In this document: positions 28,787 through 39,812 of the stretch, piece by piece
How the letters are laid out: each line of letters begins with the position of its first letter
Position numbering within the stretch: position 1 is the first letter of the stretch
Origin: an uncultured delta proteobacterium
Lineage (GTDB): Bacteria; Myxococcota; Myxococcia; Myxococcales; Anaeromyxobacteraceae
Assembly: GCA_963845515.1 (NCBI GenBank)
Contig: CAWJSR010000010.1
Span: 156,623 to 220,622 of the forward strand
Direction of reading: 5' to 3'
Length of the DNA stretch: 64,000 bases
The notes under the pieces: generated by a model
What the model was told of the DNA's origin: nothing
Databases searched by the model: none
What the model saw: only the letters and a program-made list of their open reading frames with translations
Position numbers and translations under genes: made by a program

Positions 28787-30007
28787 TTGCTCAAGTGCAA
28801 GAGCTGCGGTGGTTCGCTCGACCTGACGATGTCCTCCTGCCCCTCCTGCGGCACCGCCGTGGAGCTGGGACGCCTGACCGGCATCCTCGGGATCGTCTGC
28901 CGCGCCTGCGACGCCTACAACGAGCCCGGCGCGAAAGCGTGCGCGTCCTGTGGCGCCCCAATCGGCTCCGCTGCCTCGAAGGCGGCGCCGGCACCCGCCG
29001 CTGAGCCACCCACACCACCCGCAACTCCGGAGCCTCCGGCCCCTGGCTCCGCCGTCATCCGGTCCTTCCCGAAGGGCGGCAGCGCTGCCACCCGGTTCGT
29101 CCCAGCCGCCTCGGCGCCCGCCTCATCTCCGTCGGGCGCGCCGGCGGCGACAGTCTTCAAGCCTGGCGCCCCCAGCGCAGGCGGACCGACCCCCATCCCG
29201 CTCCTTCCCCACTGCCCCCGGTGCGGCGCCGAGGCGGGCACCGGACAGTTCTGCGCCAACTGCGGCCAGCAGCTCGGCGCGCGCGGGACGCAGGTGATGG
29301 CCAAGCCGGTTGGTGCCGGCCGGACCGCCACGCAGGTCTTCGGCGCGCTCGCCCCCGGGCGCGCCAAGCTGGTCCTGGAGCGCGGCGAGGGCTTCGAGGG
29401 CGCGACCTTCAGGCTCAACGCCGAGTCGGTCGAGGCCGGACGCTCGAAGGGGGCCGTCCTCTTCCCCGACGACCCCTGCCTCGCCCCCCACCACGCGACG
29501 TTCTTCTACAGGGGCGGCGCGCTCCACGTTCGCGACGAGGGGGCCACCGGCGGCGTCTACCTGAGGCTGCGCGGCCTCTCGGTCCCGCTCAAGGCAGGGG
29601 ACATGTTCGTCGTGGGAGACAGGCTGCTCCGCTTCGCCGGCATCCTCCCGCCGGCGCCGCCGCCACCTCCCGACGGAACGATCCGGCTCGGTGCGCCGCG
29701 CCCCGCAGGGCCCGCCGCCGTGATCGAGGAGTGGCTGGAGGGGGCCGTCGCCGGGCCGGTCTTCGTCCGCGCCGGGCCGTCGATCACCATCGGGAGGACC
29801 GGCTGCGCCGTCAACCTTGGGGACGACACGTTCCTCTCCCAGGCGCACGCCGAGCTGCTGCTGGAGGCCGACGGCGGCGTGCGGCTGCGCGACCTGGGGT
29901 CGTCCAACGGGACCTTCGTGAAGGTCCCCCCGCACGCCGAGCGCGAGCTGCGCGACGGTGACTGCGTGAGGATGGGGCGCGAGGTCCTGAGGGTCACCGT
30001 CGCCTGA
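28787..30007 (+). CDS. Zinc-ribbon and tandem FHA-domain protein 1
   Basis: Six CxxC pairs. FHA motifs AGR..LAPHH (degenerate) and IGR..LSQAH..GSSNGT. Confidence 0.88.
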   Translation: MLKCKSCGGSLDLTMSSCPSCGTAVELGRLTGILGIVCRACDAYNEPGAKACASCGAPIGSAASKAAPAPAAEPPTPPATPEPPAPGSAVIRSFPKGGSAATRFVPAASAPASSPSGAPAATVFKPGAPSAGGPTPIPLLPHCPRCGAEAGTGQFCANCGQQLGARGTQVMAKPVGAGRTATQVFGALAPGRAKLVLERGEGFEGATFRLNAESVEAGRSKGAVLFPDDPCLAPHHATFFYRGGALHVRDEGATGGVYLRLRGLSVPLKAGDMFVVGDRLLRFAGILPPAPPPPPDGTIRLGAPRPAGPAAVIEEWLEGAVAGPVFVRAGPSITIGRTGCAVNLGDDTFLSQAHAELLLEADGGVRLRDLGSSNGTFVKVPPHAERELRDGDCVRMGREVLRVTVA

Positions 30008-30018
30008 GGGGAGTCCGA

Positions 30019-30324
30019 ATGGCCATCGTCTTCCTGACCATCACGCCGCTCGGGACCGCCACGCCCAGCGTCTCTTCCTACGTCGCCGGCGTGGAGCGGA
30101 TCGTCCGGGCCTCGGGGCTGAAGCACCAACTCACGGCGATGGGGACGCTGATCGAGGGCGACCTCGACGAGATCCTGGCGGTCGTGCGGAAGATGCACGA
30201 GCACCCCTTCACGCAGGGGGCCGTGCGGGTCTCGACCTCGATCAAGATCGACGACCGGCGCGACAAGGTCGCGACGATCGAAGGGAAGCTGCGGTCGGTC
30301 GAGGAGAAGCTGAAGGGCCCGTAA
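30019..30324 (+). CDS. MTH1187-family thiamine-binding protein
   Basis: SVSSYVA, LTAMGTLIEGD and RVSTSIKIDDRRDK. Confidence 0.88.
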   Translation: MAIVFLTITPLGTATPSVSSYVAGVERIVRASGLKHQLTAMGTLIEGDLDEILAVVRKMHEHPFTQGAVRVSTSIKIDDRRDKVATIEGKLRSVEEKLKGP

Positions 30325-30329
30325 GGCCT

Positions 30330-30374
30330 TCCCCTGTCCCTCACCGAGGGAGAGCGGAGCCAGGGTGAGGGAGC
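30330..30374 (-). repeat. Degenerate REP-like repeat, copy 3
   Basis: TCCCCTGTCCCTCACCGAGGGAGAGCGGAGCCAGGGTGAGGGAGC between convergent genes. Confidence 0.8.
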
Positions 30375-30384
30375 GCCTATTCCC

Positions 30385-32014
<1,630 letters not shown>

Positions 32015-32100
32015 GCCGGGCATCTTACACAACCCAGCGGCGGCCCTGTCACGCGCTCGCGTTGACCAGCCCCGGCCGCGCGGGGTTGAATGGCCCGACC

Positions 32101-33054
32101 ATGGCGAAGACCCTCAAGTGCTCCAGATGCGGCCGCGAGAACGACGCGAGCTTCGCCTTCTGCCTCGACTGCGGGCAGCCGCTGAGCCCGCCCGCCGCCG
32201 CGACCGCACCCGGGCCCCAGGTGTGCGACGCCTGCGGGCGCCCTCTCGACCCCGGCTTCCGCTTCTGCGGCCACTGCGGCAAGCCAATCGCGCCGCCGGC
32301 ACCCGCCGCCGCGCCCCAGACCGGACAGACGGCCGCTTCCATCCCAGTGGCCAAGGCGCCGCCGTCGCCCCCGACCTCCGGCTCACACGCCCCACCGCCG
32401 CCCGGGGAGGCCAAGGGGCCGTCGAGCGGCCTCAAGCTCGTGGCCGTTCGGCCCGACGGTGTCTCAGGGCAGGCCCATCCGCTCGACCAGCCCGAGCTGC
32501 TCTGCGGGCGGACCGAGGGGCAGATCCGCGTCCCGGAGGACGGCACGGTCTCCCCCCGCCACGCGCGCTTCTCGTTCGACGGGGGCTGGCTCCGCGTCGA
32601 GGACCTCGGGAGCGTCAACGGCACCTTCATCAAGATCCACGCACCGCACCGCGTCGCGGTGGGCGACGAGCTCCGGATCGGGCGCCAGCTCCTGCGTCTC
32701 GAGCCGCTGCCCCGCCCGGCCGCGCCTGAGGAGGGGGCAGTGCGCGGCTGGGGCGCGCCGGATCCCGGCTGCCGGTTGAGGCTGGCCCAGCTCCTCGAGG
32801 GGGGCGGGCTCGGTGAGATCTTCCCGCTCAAGCCCGGGGAGAACCAGGTCGGGCGCGAGGCAGGTGACCTCGTCTTCCCGGGCGACCGCTACGTTTCGGG
32901 GCGCCACGCGAAGCTGGACGTGAGCGACGCCGAGGTCACGGTGACCGACCTCGGCAGCTCCAACGGAACGTTCGTCAGGGCGACTGGCGCGACGCACCTG
33001 AGCCCCGGCGACCAGATCCTGATCGGCGCGCAGCTCTTCCGCGTGGACGCGTAG
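32101..33054 (+). CDS. Zinc-ribbon and tandem FHA-domain protein 2
   Basis: Four CxxC pairs and two FHA domains: CGR..VSPRH..GSVNGT and VGR..VSGRH..GSSNGT. Confidence 0.9.
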   Translation: MAKTLKCSRCGRENDASFAFCLDCGQPLSPPAAATAPGPQVCDACGRPLDPGFRFCGHCGKPIAPPAPAAAPQTGQTAASIPVAKAPPSPPTSGSHAPPPPGEAKGPSSGLKLVAVRPDGVSGQAHPLDQPELLCGRTEGQIRVPEDGTVSPRHARFSFDGGWLRVEDLGSVNGTFIKIHAPHRVAVGDELRIGRQLLRLEPLPRPAAPEEGAVRGWGAPDPGCRLRLAQLLEGGGLGEIFPLKPGENQVGREAGDLVFPGDRYVSGRHAKLDVSDAEVTVTDLGSSNGTFVRATGATHLSPGDQILIGAQLFRVDA

Positions 33055-33086
33055 ATTGGGCCCCAAGCCGGCGCCTGGACTCGGAG

Positions 33087-33207
33087 GCGAGAGCGCCGAG
33101 ACCGAAGCGAGGCGGGCGCGTGAGGAGGGAGCAGCGGAGGCGTAGTGGTCTACGCCGAGCAGCGCAGCGACGAGCCCGCCCGCCGCAGCGAGAGGATCGG
33201 CGCTCGC
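33087..33207 (+). repeat. Structured intergenic element, MITE-like or ncRNA candidate
   Basis: Nested stems GAGCGCCGA/TCGGCGCTC, GGCGGGC/GCCCGCC and GGCGTAG-tggt-CTACGCC. Confidence 0.5.
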
Positions 33208-33575
33208 AGCCGTGCGCCAAAGCCCTGGTGTGCTCCGATGGGGCCGTCATGACCCCACCAGATCGAAGCCCCGAACGATTCAACAGCCAGAACGCGACGG
33301 ACTTCGGGCAGGAGCTCCCACCGGAACCCGCCCCCTCTCCTATGTCCTCTCCCCGGCGCCAGCGCGGGGGAGAAGTCGATCTTCCTCGGGAAATCGCCGT
33401 CAGCCCCTGAGAAGCGATGAATCGTCAGCTCACCGAGGGGGAGGGCCAGGGAGACGGAGCGGCACAGACTTACCGTCTAGCGAACGGGGCGCGCGATCGC
33501 CCGCTAACGCGAACGGCCGCAGCCTCCGTGTGGAGGGAGGGGAGCACGCGCAAGGGACGGATCGCGCCCGGGAGC

Positions 33576-33938
33576 CTACCCGAAGGACTTCTCTTTCTGT
33601 TCCTGCTCTTCCTTGCAGCGGATGCACAGGGTGGTGACGGGGCGGGCCTCGAGCCGCTTGGCCGAGATCTCCTCCTCGCACTTCTCGCAGATGCCGAACG
33701 TACCGTTCTCGATCCGGGCCAGCGCCCCGTCGATCTTCGCGATGAGGAACTTCTCGCGGTCGCGCAGGCGGAAGACCATGGACTGGGCGTACTCGCTCGA
33801 CGCCTGATCGATCTCGTCCGGGAGATCGTCGGTGTCGAAGCTGGACTCCTCGGAGAGGGTCTTCTTGGCCGAGACCAGGAGCTGGTGCTTCGACTCCTCG
33901 AGCAGGGTCTTGTAGCGCTTCAGATCCTTCTTGTTCAA
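33576..33938 (-). CDS. dksA: DksA/TraR C4 zinc-finger RNA polymerase-binding factor
   Basis: Coiled-coil tip DEIDQAS; CEKC...RLEARP..CIRC. Confidence 0.93.
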   Translation of the reverse strand: MNKKDLKRYKTLLEESKHQLLVSAKKTLSEESSFDTDDLPDEIDQASSEYAQSMVFRLRDREKFLIAKIDGALARIENGTFGICEKCEEEISAKRLEARPVTTLCIRCKEEQEQKEKSFG

Positions 33939-34094
33939 GCGACTCTCCCTTTGTGCCGGAGCCCCCGGGGGCGCCTGAAAAAAGAGCCGAGAAATTAAAG
34001 GGCTGGCCCCCCGATGTCAAGCCAACCTGCCAGGCGCGACGAGGCGGACCACGCCACCTTGCAACGGCGCGTTTTGTGGCCTAAAGACCGGCAC

Positions 34095-34979
34095 ATGCCC
34101 GAGGGGAAGCTGGACCGCGAATTCCTCCGCGCCGCCCTGGCGCTGACCTCACGTGGGGAGGTCGATCGGCTGCTCTTCGTCTCCGACCACCCGCTCTCGC
34201 CCAGCGAGACCCGCGGCCGGCCGATCAAGAAGAAGCTCGTCTACGCCGTCACGAGCGAGGGGCTCGCCCACCAGCTCCAGGCGAAGAAGTACAGCGCGGT
34301 CGTGATCCCCCCGTACGACTACACGCGCATGGAGAAGGTGAAGGTCGCGGTGGTGGCGGCCCAGTCCGCCGGGCTCCTGCGCGACGGCGACACCGTCCTC
34401 GCGCTCTCCGGCCCCGGTCAGGACCGGGTGGTCGACACCCTCGTGAAGGTGGACATCGGCTCCGAGGACCCGGAGGAGAAGCTCCGCGTGGACCAGCTCG
34501 GCCTCCCGCCCGAGTTCAGCTCGCAGGTGGTCGAGTCGCTCATCCACACCGCGATGGAGATCGGGGCCGAGGGTTACGAGGGGCACGCGGTCGGCACCAT
34601 CGTCGTCGTCGGCGACTCGACCGCGGTCATGGAGCGGAGCCGCCAGCTCACGCTCAACCCGTTCCAGGGGATCAGCGAGGCGGAGCGCAACTCGCTCGAC
34701 CCGCCGATCCGCGACGCGGTCAAGACCTTCTCCGCGCTCGACGGCGCGTTCATCATCCGCGAGGACGGCGTGGTGCTGGCCGCGGGGCGCTACCTCCTGA
34801 CGATGTCGCGCGACGTGAAGCTGCCGATGGGCTTGGGGGCGCGCCACAGCGCCGCCGCCTCGATGACGGCCGAGTCCAAGGCGATCGCCATCACCGTCTC
34901 CCAGACCACCGGGACGGTCCGCGTCTTCAAGGAGGGCGAGATCGTCCTGGAGCTGCGCCAGAAGGTCCGTCGCGTCTGA
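34095..34979 (+). CDS. DisA_N (DAC)-domain protein, putative diadenylate cyclase
   Basis: EGHAVGTI, ALDGAF and GLGARHSAA in the C-terminal domain, preceded by a soluble N-terminal domain of about 130 aa. Confidence 0.85.
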   Translation: MPEGKLDREFLRAALALTSRGEVDRLLFVSDHPLSPSETRGRPIKKKLVYAVTSEGLAHQLQAKKYSAVVIPPYDYTRMEKVKVAVVAAQSAGLLRDGDTVLALSGPGQDRVVDTLVKVDIGSEDPEEKLRVDQLGLPPEFSSQVVESLIHTAMEIGAEGYEGHAVGTIVVVGDSTAVMERSRQLTLNPFQGISEAERNSLDPPIRDAVKTFSALDGAFIIREDGVVLAAGRYLLTMSRDVKLPMGLGARHSAAASMTAESKAIAITVSQTTGTVRVFKEGEIVLELRQKVRRV

Positions 34980-35016
34980 GAGCTTCGAAGGAATCCCCTC
35001 ACCTGCCCCGGACCAG

Positions 35017-36501
35017 ATGACCCCGTCACGGCTCAAGCCTGCGCGCGCAGCGCTCCTGCTGGTCGCTGCCACGATCCTCCTGCACCTCCTCTACGCCGGC
35101 TTCGTCGGGCTCTCCCCGCAGGAGGCCTACTACTGGAGCTGGAGCCGCCGGCTCGCGCTCTCCTACTACGACCACCCCCCGCTCGCCTCCTGGACGATCC
35201 GGCTGACCACCGCCCTCCTCGGCGAGACGGAGCGTGGGATCCGCCTGGCGGCGGCGCTCCACGGCGCCATCTTCGCGGCCTTCCTGTTCCTCGCAGGCAG
35301 GCGGCTCTTCGGCGAGCGGGCGGCGCTGCTGGCCCTCGTCTTCGCGCTGCTCGCCCCGATCACGGGGCTCGGGCAGGTGGTCGTGACGCCGGACGTCGCG
35401 CTCCTGTCGGGCTGGGTCGCGGCCCTCTACTTCACCGTCCGCGCGCTCGACGAGGAGGACGGCCGGTGGCTCCTCGCCGCCGGCGCAGCGGTGGGGTTCG
35501 CCGCGCTCGGGAAGTACACCGCCTTCATCCTGCTCCCGCAGGTCTTCCTGGCGCTCCTGCTCGACGCGCGCGGACGCCGGATGCTCGCGCAGCCCTGGCC
35601 GTGGCTCGGCGCCGCGCTCGCCGTCGCGGTCTTCTCGCCGGTCCTCGTCTGGAACGCCGAGCACGGCTGGGTGAGCCTCCTCTTCCAGTCCTCCGGACGC
35701 ACCAGCACCTTCGGCTTCAGGCCGGTCCTGGTCGGGCGCTTCGTCGCCCTGCAGGCCGGGATGGTCTCTCCGCTCCTCTGGCTCTCCTGCCTCGCTGCGG
35801 CCGCGGTGGCGGCGCGGCGCTGGCGGGAGCCCTCCTGGCGGCTCGCCGCGATCTTCTCGGTCCCGCTCATCGCGGTGATGATCCTGGTCTCGCCCTTCCA
35901 CTGGGTGAAGGGGAACTGGGGCGCGCCCGCCTACCCGGCCGCGATCCTCGCCGGTGCCGCGCTCGCCCTCGAGCGATGGGATCGCCTCCGGGGCTGGACC
36001 TGGGCCACCGGGATCGTCGCCGGCGCGGCGTCGCTCTACATGCACCTCGTCCCGCTCGTCCCCGCGCTCCCCTTCCCCGCGCGCGACGAGACCACCGCGG
36101 GCTGGACCCAGCTCGCCGCCCGCGTGGAGGCGGAGCGGCAGGCGATGGGCGGAGACCCGCTCGTCGTCGGCTGCACCTACAAGCCGGCGGCCGAGCTGGA
36201 GTTCCACCTCCCCGGCAAGCCGGCGACGCAGTCGGGCGGCGTCTTCGGCGCCAACGGCCTTCAGTACGACGTCTGGCTCGACCCAGCGGCCGTCCGCGGC
36301 CGGGAGCTGCTCCTCGTGGTCGATCCGCGCGAGAAGGACGCCTGCAGGTCGAGAGAGTCGCTCTGCCAGCCGCTCACCGCGCTGCCGCCCGAGCCGGTGC
36401 GCCGCGGCGAGGAGCTCGCGACCACCTTCAAGCTCTTCCGGTGCGCCGTGCCGGCCGACGCCGGGATCGCGCTCCCGCGCTGGCGAGGCGGCACGCGCTG
36501 A
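35017..36501 (+). CDS. GT39/ArnT-like membrane glycosyltransferase
   Basis: EAYYWSWS, YYDHPP, TPD, GKYT and PVLVWN; many TM segments. Confidence 0.88.
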   Translation: MTPSRLKPARAALLLVAATILLHLLYAGFVGLSPQEAYYWSWSRRLALSYYDHPPLASWTIRLTTALLGETERGIRLAAALHGAIFAAFLFLAGRRLFGERAALLALVFALLAPITGLGQVVVTPDVALLSGWVAALYFTVRALDEEDGRWLLAAGAAVGFAALGKYTAFILLPQVFLALLLDARGRRMLAQPWPWLGAALAVAVFSPVLVWNAEHGWVSLLFQSSGRTSTFGFRPVLVGRFVALQAGMVSPLLWLSCLAAAAVAARRWREPSWRLAAIFSVPLIAVMILVSPFHWVKGNWGAPAYPAAILAGAALALERWDRLRGWTWATGIVAGAASLYMHLVPLVPALPFPARDETTAGWTQLAARVEAERQAMGGDPLVVGCTYKPAAELEFHLPGKPATQSGGVFGANGLQYDVWLDPAAVRGRELLLVVDPREKDACRSRESLCQPLTALPPEPVRRGEELATTFKLFRCAVPADAGIALPRWRGGTR

Positions 36502-37363
36502 CGAGGCCGCAGAGCTCGCAGCGCCCGGGCGACGGGCGCGCGGGGCACTCGCCGCTCATCCCGAGGTGGCACAGGGCGAAGTCGAACCGGACGGGGTCGG
36601 CCGGATCGAGCTCGCGGAGCCCGGCGGTCACCTCCTCGGCGGTCCGCCAGCTCGCGTCGCGCCGCGCGGTGAGCCCCAGCAGGCCGCCGATGCGGTGCAG
36701 GTGGGTGTCGAGCGGGATGACGAGCGCCGCCGGGGGGACGCCGCGCCAGAGGCCGAGGTCGACGGCGTCGGGGCCGCGGACCATCCAGCGCAGGTAGAGG
36801 TTGAGCCGCTTGCAGGCGCCGGAGCCACCGGCGTCGGGGAGCAGGTGGAGCAGTCCGCGCGGGCCGCGCCCCCGCAGGAGCGGCCCGACCGGCGGCGCCT
36901 CGCGCAGCTCGCGCGCGAAGCGCTCAAGCGCTCCGCGCAGGGCTCCCTCCTCCCGGAAGAGCGCAGTGAAGCGCGCGCCCAGTGAGCCATGCGCCACGCG
37001 CACGTGGCCGATGGCGGCGACGAGCGCCCGGATGTCCGAGGGGCGGTTGAACCGGTACAGGACGAAGTCGAAGGCGCGCGGGTCCGGGGCGCCTGCGAAG
37101 CGCTCGGCGAACAGCGCGGGGCTCGGCCCCATCGCGGCGAGGATCCGCTCCACCACCGGCTTGAAGAGATCGGCGCGGCCATACGCGAGGCACGAGGCGA
37201 TGAGCCCCGCCACCTCGGCGTCGCCGGGGTCGGCGTAACGCCGGGGGAACTCCACGGGGTCGAAGCCGATCCGGACCGCGGCGTCGGTGCGGGCAGCGAG
37301 CCCGTCGAGGAGCCCCCGTAGCCGTGCCGTCCGCGCGGCAGCGGGGCCGGCCCGCGCGCTCAT
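36428..37363 (-). CDS. TIGR02757-family protein with HhH-GPD-like fold
   Basis: DPVEFPRRY, SACKR-like GACKRLNLYLRWMVR, IPLDTH and DPVRFDFALCHLG. Confidence 0.88.
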   Translation of the reverse strand: MSARAGPAAARTARLRGLLDGLAARTDAAVRIGFDPVEFPRRYADPGDAEVAGLIASCLAYGRADLFKPVVERILAAMGPSPALFAERFAGAPDPRAFDFVLYRFNRPSDIRALVAAIGHVRVAHGSLGARFTALFREEGALRGALERFARELREAPPVGPLLRGRGPRGLLHLLPDAGGSGACKRLNLYLRWMVRGPDAVDLGLWRGVPPAALVIPLDTHLHRIGGLLGLTARRDASWRTAEEVTAGLRELDPADPVRFDFALCHLGMSGECPARPSPGRCELCGLVSACRLASAGARSRRRPARRTGRA

Positions 37364-37875
37364 GAGCGCCCCGCGTCCTTGCGCAGCTCCCGCAGGACGT
37401 GCCCAAGCTCGGGCGCGATGAGCCGCTCCCACGCGAGCCGTACCGCCGCCTCCGAGCCGGGGACGGAGAAGATGGCGCGCCCGCCGAAGACGCCGGCGAC
37501 CGCGCGGGAGAGCATGGCCGCGCTCCCGATCTCGTGGAACGAGAGCATCCGGAAGAGCTCGCCGAACCCGTCGAGCCGCTTCTCGATGACCGCGGCGACG
37601 GCCTCGTAGGTCCGGTCCCGGCCGGCGATCCCGGTACCGCCATTGACCACGATCACCTCGGCCCCGGCCAGGACGGCCTCGTCGACGGCCGCGCGAAGCG
37701 CGACCGGGTCGTCCTTCACCACCCGGTAGCCGGCGAGCTCGTGCCCGGCCGCCGCCGCTGCGCCGCGCAGGTACGCGCCGCTCGTGTCCTCGGACTCGCT
37801 CCGCGTGTCCGACGCGGTCACGATGAAGAGGCGCACCCTCGCAGGCCCCTCGCGCTTGTGCTCCTCGTGGCCCAT
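37360..37875 (-). CDS. moaB: MoaB/MogA molybdenum cofactor biosynthesis protein
   Basis: TASDTR..DTSG, GGTG..RDRT, GFGELFR and AMLSRA. Confidence 0.92.
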   Translation of the reverse strand: MGHEEHKREGPARVRLFIVTASDTRSESEDTSGAYLRGAAAAAGHELAGYRVVKDDPVALRAAVDEAVLAGAEVIVVNGGTGIAGRDRTYEAVAAVIEKRLDGFGELFRMLSFHEIGSAAMLSRAVAGVFGGRAIFSVPGSEAAVRLAWERLIAPELGHVLRELRKDAGRS

Positions 37876-37982
37876 CAGTGCTCCGACCCAGGCGTGGTGA
37901 AGTGGCGAGCGCGCACCGTCGTCTCCTGCCCCGTAGGGGCCCGCCGCGCTCCGGCGCGGCCAGGGAGTAATAATAGCCAGTG

Positions 37983-39749
37983 ATGCCGGGAAAGACCGAG
38001 ATCGCTGCGGCGCTGCGGGAGATCGGCGCGCTGCTGGAGCTGGACGGCGAGAACCCGTTCAAGGTGCGCGCCTACGAGAACGGGGCCCGCGCGCTGGAGG
38101 CCCTGCAGGAGGAGCTGGCCACGGTGATCGCCGAGGGACGGCTGGAGGAGCTCCCCGGCGTGGGGAAGGCGCTCGCGGAGAAGATCGGCGAGCTGCACGG
38201 CACCGGCCGCCTCCCCCTCCTGGAGCGGCTGCGCGCGGCCCATCCGCCCAGCCTCCTCGAGCTGCTGGCGCTGCCGGACCTCGGCCCGAAGAAGCTCGCG
38301 GCCCTCCAGAAGGCGCTCGGCATCCAGTCGATCCCGGACCTCGAGGCGGCGTGCGCCGCCGGCAAGGTGCGGGAGCTGAAGGGGTTCGGGGAGAAGACCG
38401 AGCAGAAGCTCCTCGACGCCATCCGGCGCCGGCGCGAGCAGCCGAAGAGGTTCCTGCTCTCGGAGGCGTCCTCCATAGGGGAGCGGATCGTCGCCCACCT
38501 CCGCGCCTCACCCGCGACGATCGAGTGCGAGCTTGCCGGGAGCACGCGGCGCGGCCGCGAGACGGTCGGCGACCTCGACGTCGTCGTCGCGTCGCACGAG
38601 CCGGGCGCGGTCTCGGCGCACTTCCTCGGGCTGCCCGGGATCGCCGAGACGCTGGCGCACGGGGAGACGAAGACGGCCGTCCGGCTCGCCAATGGGCTGC
38701 AGGTGGATCTCCGCATCGTCCCCCCCGGGGACTTCGCGACCCTGCTCCACCACCTCACGGGCTCCAAGGCTCACCACGTGAAGCTGCGCGGGCTCGCGCG
38801 GGACCGGGGGATGACGCTCTCGGAGTGGGGGCTCTTCGAGCTGCCGCAGGGGGACCGCGCCACCGCCGGCGACGGCGACCCCACGCAGCACGGCGCCAAG
38901 GTCCTGATCCGCTCCGAGGCGGAGATCTACCGGGCGCTCGGGCTCGCCCCCATCCCACCGGAGCTCAGGGAGGACGAGGGGGAGCTCGAGGCGGCGAGGG
39001 ATGGGACGCTCCCGACCGAGCTCGTCCGGCTCGAGGACGTCAGGGGGATGGTCCACTGCCACACCACCTGGTCCGACGGTCACGCCGGGATCGAGGAGCT
39101 GGCCCGAGCGGCCGAGGCGGCCGGCTTCGAGTACCTCACCATCACGGACCACTCCGGCTCGGCCGCCTACGCGGGAGGGCTCGACGCCGACCGGCTCCGG
39201 CGGCAGTGGGACGAGATCGACGGGGTGCAGGGGCGGGTCGGGATCCGGCTCCTCAAGGGGACCGAGGCCGACATCCTCGAGGACGGCGCGCTCGACTGGC
39301 CGGACGCCATCCTGGAGCGGCTGGACGTCGTGATCGCCTCCGTCCACTCCAGGATGAAGATGACGGAGGACGACATGACCCGCCGGCTCGCGCGGGCCAT
39401 GTCGCTCCCGATCTTCAAGATCTGGGGGCACGCGTCGGGGCGGCTGCTCGGCGAGCGGGACCCCTATGCCGTTCGAATGGAAGAGGTGCTCGACGCCCTC
39501 GCAGCCTCCCGCGGCGCCATCGAGGTGAACGGCGACCCGCACCGGCTCGACATGGAGCCGCGCTGGCTGCGCCGCGCCCGCGACCGGAAGATCCCCTTCG
39601 TCCTGACCACCGACGCCCATCGGGTCGAGGCGCTCTCGCAGCTCCGGTGGGCCGTGGTCACCGCCCGCCGCGGCTGGGTGACGAAGGGCGAGGTGCTCAA
39701 CGCCCTCCCTGCCGCCGAGTTCGCGAAGGCGGTGAAGCCGGTCGCCTGA
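37983..39749 (+). CDS. polX: DNA polymerase X with C-terminal PHP exonuclease
   Basis: ENPFKVRAY, AGSTRRGRETVGDLD, TGSKAH; PHP motifs HCHTTWSDG, TDH and TDAH. Confidence 0.94.
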   Translation: MPGKTEIAAALREIGALLELDGENPFKVRAYENGARALEALQEELATVIAEGRLEELPGVGKALAEKIGELHGTGRLPLLERLRAAHPPSLLELLALPDLGPKKLAALQKALGIQSIPDLEAACAAGKVRELKGFGEKTEQKLLDAIRRRREQPKRFLLSEASSIGERIVAHLRASPATIECELAGSTRRGRETVGDLDVVVASHEPGAVSAHFLGLPGIAETLAHGETKTAVRLANGLQVDLRIVPPGDFATLLHHLTGSKAHHVKLRGLARDRGMTLSEWGLFELPQGDRATAGDGDPTQHGAKVLIRSEAEIYRALGLAPIPPELREDEGELEAARDGTLPTELVRLEDVRGMVHCHTTWSDGHAGIEELARAAEAAGFEYLTITDHSGSAAYAGGLDADRLRRQWDEIDGVQGRVGIRLLKGTEADILEDGALDWPDAILERLDVVIASVHSRMKMTEDDMTRRLARAMSLPIFKIWGHASGRLLGERDPYAVRMEEVLDALAASRGAIEVNGDPHRLDMEPRWLRRARDRKIPFVLTTDAHRVEALSQLRWAVVTARRGWVTKGEVLNALPAAEFAKAVKPVA

Positions 39750-39812
39750 CCGTCGTCGCACCGTCCGCCGCGGACTCGACGCCGCAGCGGTCCGCGTCTA
39801 CGCTCGGGCACC

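Noticed and set aside
36428..36501. 74-bp convergent overlap between the GT39 and TIGR02757 genes
   Set aside because: It involves only low-complexity C-terminal tails, which is common in GC-rich genomes and could also reflect an indel.
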